From NCBI GenBank assembly GCA_012295275.1, contig CM022672.1:31868001-31932000 (forward strand): DNA of 64,000 bases, given 5' to 3'. Below are positions 59,601 to 64,000 of the stretch, piece after piece. Both the position numbers and the translations under genes were made by a program. The notes under the pieces were generated by a model. That model worked only from the letters and a program-made list of their open reading frames with translations. It ran no database searches and was not told where the DNA came from. The stretch is from Chrysomallon squamiferum (Eukaryota; Animalia; Mollusca). The first letter of the stretch is position 1. Each line of letters opens with the position of its first letter.

Positions 59601-61495
59601 AGTTAACTATTCTGATAGCTATTTTCTCATTGGTTCACTATATACATGTCAGTAAATGTTTCCCTCCCTCATTAACAACAACGAGTACAGTGGATGAGGC
59701 TCTAAGCTATGTAATGGCTCGTCCCCCACATTTTTTTTTTTTGTATAGTTTATATGCATTTTAATGATTTAACAGCAAAGTGAAAGGACAGAAATCTGAA
59801 CATTTTGGAAAACTTTTAACTCCTTTTCTGGGGTTCCTTCCTAGGATGACCCATGGTTTGTTTAGAGTGAATCCGATCCGTTTCGGAGCAGATCTTGTTT
59901 CAGATCCGATCCGTTTCCTCCTGACATCAGATGTCATGACAAATCTTATTTTACGCTATCTGAAGAAAAAATGAGTAAAACAAGAAGACTCTGCGTCTGG
60001 TAATTCCTCCTCCTGACATCAGATGTCAGGACAATCCGTACAGCGGTCGTTGCTCTATCAGTAGTACATACAAATGAGTATAAAACCCTTCAGAAGCGAG
60101 AGCGATATTCGGCAACACGTTCATACGTGAAATGAGGAACTGTAAAAAAATGTAATCGTGATGAATAATTATTTAAACTTTTAATTATTTTTTTTATGAA
60201 TCTTATTTAAATTTAATCCCCTGATACTTCAATTTTTGAGAGTTTGGTGGGTTTTCCAACTTTTCACGGTTTGAAAGCGGGTGCTACTGGAAAAATAGTT
60301 GTAGACCATTGCTCTAAAGATTGTCTCTCAGCACAAGGACACAGATATGATGTGGCGATTAAATATAACAAAAATAACAGAACAATAAAAAAAAAAAAAA
60401 ATGCCCCAAAACCCCCAAAAAAACCCGATAAAAATAAGAACAACAACAATAATAATAACACAAAACTAGTAAAAACGTAAATTAATAAAAAAAAAAAAAT
60501 TACTGACAAAATAATTTTATAACCAAAACGATATGTCTTATATACGTAGATATGTAGGTCTATATGTATGTATGTATGTATGTATGTATTTATGTATGTA
60601 TGTATGTATGTATGTATGTATGTATGTATGTATGTATGTATGTATGTATGTATGTATGTATATGTATATCATTTTACATCATGAATCATGCTTGATATAA
60701 TGCTTTTTTAAACTGTTCAGTTTCAGTTAAAGAATTTCACATGTAAAGACAACTCAGAGCTGTGTTACCCAGAAAACTGCACGACGGAAACCAAGATGGA
60801 CTGTATGAAGACTTGTGAAGTTTGTACAGGTAAAGTCAAGAGGAACAGAATAGATAGACATGATAGTTGATATGTTAAGTAAGGATAAGTACACAGGATA
60901 GTTGGTATCTTAAGAAAGTATAAATACACATGATATTTGGTATGTTAAGTAACGATAGATATACAGGATATTTGGTATGTTAAGTCAGGACAGATACACA
61001 GGATAGCTGGTATGTTAAATAAGTTTACATACAGGATAGCTGGTATGTTTAATATGGACAGATACGCAGCATAGTTTGTATTCTAACATGCGGTTTCATG
61101 AAGACAGGATTCCAGAGTAGTAGAATGATAGAGGGATATGTAATAAAATACATAGATACGATAGATAGATACGTAGGAAAGGATATATTGGGAAGGATAT
61201 AAAATACAAGGATACTAGATATGTTATTGAGAATCCCATGAGAGAACACATGTTTTAGGATCGACACGCGGGACACATAACAACACACATAGGAAAGCAA
61301 TGTATTAGGCAGCATAGCTTTTAAATTAAGCAGGATGTACACACAGGTTACCAGCTATGTTAAGATAGGATACATAGACATGTTACTTTGTATATCAGTA
61401 TGCAAGATATATTAGGCGGAATACATATGTAGAATATCATGACTGGGCAGGTTATTTTTATTTTTAACACGCGATTTCATGAATATAATCGCGAG

Positions 61496-61574
<79 letters not shown>

Positions 61575-62940
61575 TAAGAAGCACACACCACATAAAACTC
61601 AGTCACAAAAACATGAATATTTTTAATTTATGTTAACAAATATAACGATTTTCCTTATTTCATATGTACACACTCGGGTACACTAATTTTATTTAAGTAA
61701 GTAATATAACAAATTTCTTTTACGCGTGCACACAAACCTCGTATTTACTCTCTGTATTTCTCTTTTATTTCTGTAAATGTGTTAACTTTGCACACACAAA
61801 ACCATCTAATACAAGTAATTCTATTTTTAGATGAGGGGTGTTCTGAAGGTTATTACCACGGAGATGGCGACACGTGTTATTCCTGTTCTGTCAAAGACAC
61901 AAAAACCTCAGAAACCTACAAAGAAAAATGTAATATATTTTGTCCCAGTAACAAAACGCATGGTCAGAGCTGTGATGAGAACTGTAGTGACAGTTGTTTG
62001 GACAGAACATGTTACAGATGGACAGGGGATTGTGAACGTTGTCCTTCTGGATTCCATGGACCACGCTGTAAGCAGCATTTCCACTGTAACAACATCGACG
62101 ACATAGGCTTCTGCATCAGTGACTGTTTTTCAGGGTTTTTTGGTCCAAAGTGCGAAGAGGAGTGTCCAGTGGATTGTAAAAACAAAATCTGCAACAAAAC
62201 GACGGGAGAGTGTTTTCAATGCGTTGAGGGGTTTTGGGGTAAAACATGTGACTTTCTTTGTTCAAATAACTGTCGAAACAGTTCCTGTTATAAAAACGGG
62301 CAATGCTCTCAAGGTTGCAAAGTTGGCTTTTTCGGAATGAACTGCTCAGAGAAATGCAGCTCGAAATGTCTACATCAGGTATGTAATAGGGAAAACGGAT
62401 CGTGTACGGATGGCTGCGTTTCTGCTAAATATTACGGAGACCGTTGCGAAAAAGACTGTCCTCATCGTTGTCTGAATTCTACGTGTGATAGCACAACAGC
62501 CAAATGTAAGAACGGATGCATCGGCAATAATATTTATGGGGCGTTTTGCAACTATTCTTGTGGCTGGGATTGCCGAAGTGTTCGGTGTGAAAATATCTCT
62601 GATTACGTTGAATGTAGGGCAGTTTGCGTCAGTGGAAGAAAGGGAGAACATTGCAGCGATTTCTGTCCTAAGAATTGTAAAGGATCGTGTCATCAGCTTT
62701 CAGGACGATGTCTCCATGGCTGTCTTTCTGGTTACCATGGTATCTACTGCAACAAATCATGCCCCACTAACTGTCTGAGAAGTGCATGTCATCAAAACAA
62801 CAGAACGTGTGTAGACGGATGTGTAACGTCGTTCTATGGACAGATGTGCTCAAATCGATGCAGTGACAACTGTACTGTATGTGATGCTAATGGGATCTGT
62901 ATTTTGTCTTCAAATGATACTCACGACGAATGTAAGTATT

Positions 62941-62987
<47 letters not shown>

Positions 62988-63480
62988 AACACACACACAT
63001 ACACACATGCACATACATACATACATACATATACACAAATATACTAAATAGAAGAAAAAAGTAAAATACAAAATGTCTACTGATGACAGGTTTCTTCTCA
63101 AATTGTTGTTATTGGTGATTGAAGAGTTTTCACACAAACAAGTTATACGTACATACATATATATATAATAATAATAAAAATATTAAATGAAAAGAGAAAA
63201 CCTAAAAAAAAAAACCTAACAGAAAAGTCAAAGCTGAAGTTTCTGCTTACGACAGGTTTCTTCTCATGTTGTTGTAATTAATGATTGGTTTGGTTAGTTA
63301 TTGCATTTCCATACCCTGATTGGTTGGTTATACTCAAACGTTATATTCGTTCTTCTTTTTTTTTTTTTTCAGTACATTTCTCCTCTGATGTCGACTGGTT
63401 GACATTTATGTATGGAGTAATAATGATTTCGATGTTGTTTTGTATTCTTTTAGCTGTGTTGTTTATTTTGAGGTATCATT

Positions 63481-63567
<87 letters not shown>

Positions 63568-63691
63568 GTATAGTTTCAATACAGTAATAATAACAATAAC
63601 AATGTATAATTTATTTTTGAACTATAATCGCTTTCTCTTTCTAAGTATGTTTGTTTAATGTGAAATATTAATGAATATTCTACAGAATGGC

Positions 63692-63753
<62 letters not shown>

Positions 63754-63899
63754 GCTGTGATTATAAATTAATATTTTACTTTCTGTATCCAGAAAAAGGA
63801 AGACAAGATCTGAAAAGAAACAACAACGTGCACGAGGACAAACGCAAAACTTAATTCAAGCAGATGTTAACCAGATAGATGACCTGGAAATGCAACCAG
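55319..63899 (+). CDS. Second copy of the receptor gene (partial, continues beyond the window) with two tandem ShKT+EGF modules; two 1-nt frameshifts as assembled
   Basis: Signal exons 55319-55361, 55869-55911 and 56567-56604. ShKT-A 57293-57400. EGF-A 58133-59232 (1100 nt, 1-nt deletion at 58934/5). ShKT-B 60721-60829 (109 nt, 1-nt insertion). EGF-B 61831-62931 (1101 nt, intact). TM 63373-63472. Juxtamembrane 63793-63899. Confidence 0.8.
58133..59232 (+). pseudogene. EGF exon A of copy 2, frameshifted as assembled
   Basis: Nearly identical to 38147-39247, but GTCAGTGGAAGA is GTCAGGGAAGA, giving a premature TAG at 59113-59115. This could be a sequencing error. Confidence 0.55.
61831..62931 (+). 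CDS. EGF exon B of copy 2 (intact, diverged paralogous EGF array)
   Basis: Lies within ORF 61779..63047, with the same splice sites (tttttag/ATGAGGGG ... GAAT/gtaagt) and length as 38147-39247. Confidence 0.9.
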
Positions 63900-63947
63900 G
63901 TTTTGTAATTTAATTAATTACGATTTAAAGATAATGATGATACAAAC

Positions 63948-64000
<53 letters not shown>

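Overview
This is AT-rich, microsatellite-dense animal genomic DNA with GT-AG introns, most likely a mollusc or other lophotrochozoan (inferred from gene families and repeats). By hand splicing I reconstruct two protein-coding loci on the + strand. (1) A two-coding-exon BTB-BACK-PHR gene of the BTBD1/2/3/6 family (11738-13312) with one +1 frameshift at a homopolymer. (2) A 13-exon, ~871-aa type-I receptor gene (35225-44894) with the architecture signal peptide - ShKT-like 6-Cys domain - one 1101-nt EGF-repeat exon - TM - acidic juxtamembrane region - single PTP domain. Its catalytic Cys is replaced by Ser (VHSSTGVGRTG) and its WPD loop reads WMD, so it is a predicted receptor pseudophosphatase. 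It is preceded by three tandem promoter/signal-peptide exons. After a 200-N gap (45838-46037) the region from ~19082 onward is repeated. The second receptor copy carries two tandem, diverged ShKT+EGF modules before the TM exon and runs off the window end. It may be an uncollapsed haplotype or a recent segmental duplicate. Also present are a decayed I/Nimb-like LINE ORF1, a hAT MITE with a perfect 8-bp TSD, a SINE fragment, a large inverted repeat, several minisatellites and candidate non-coding spliced units. All calls are by eye; no searches were run.
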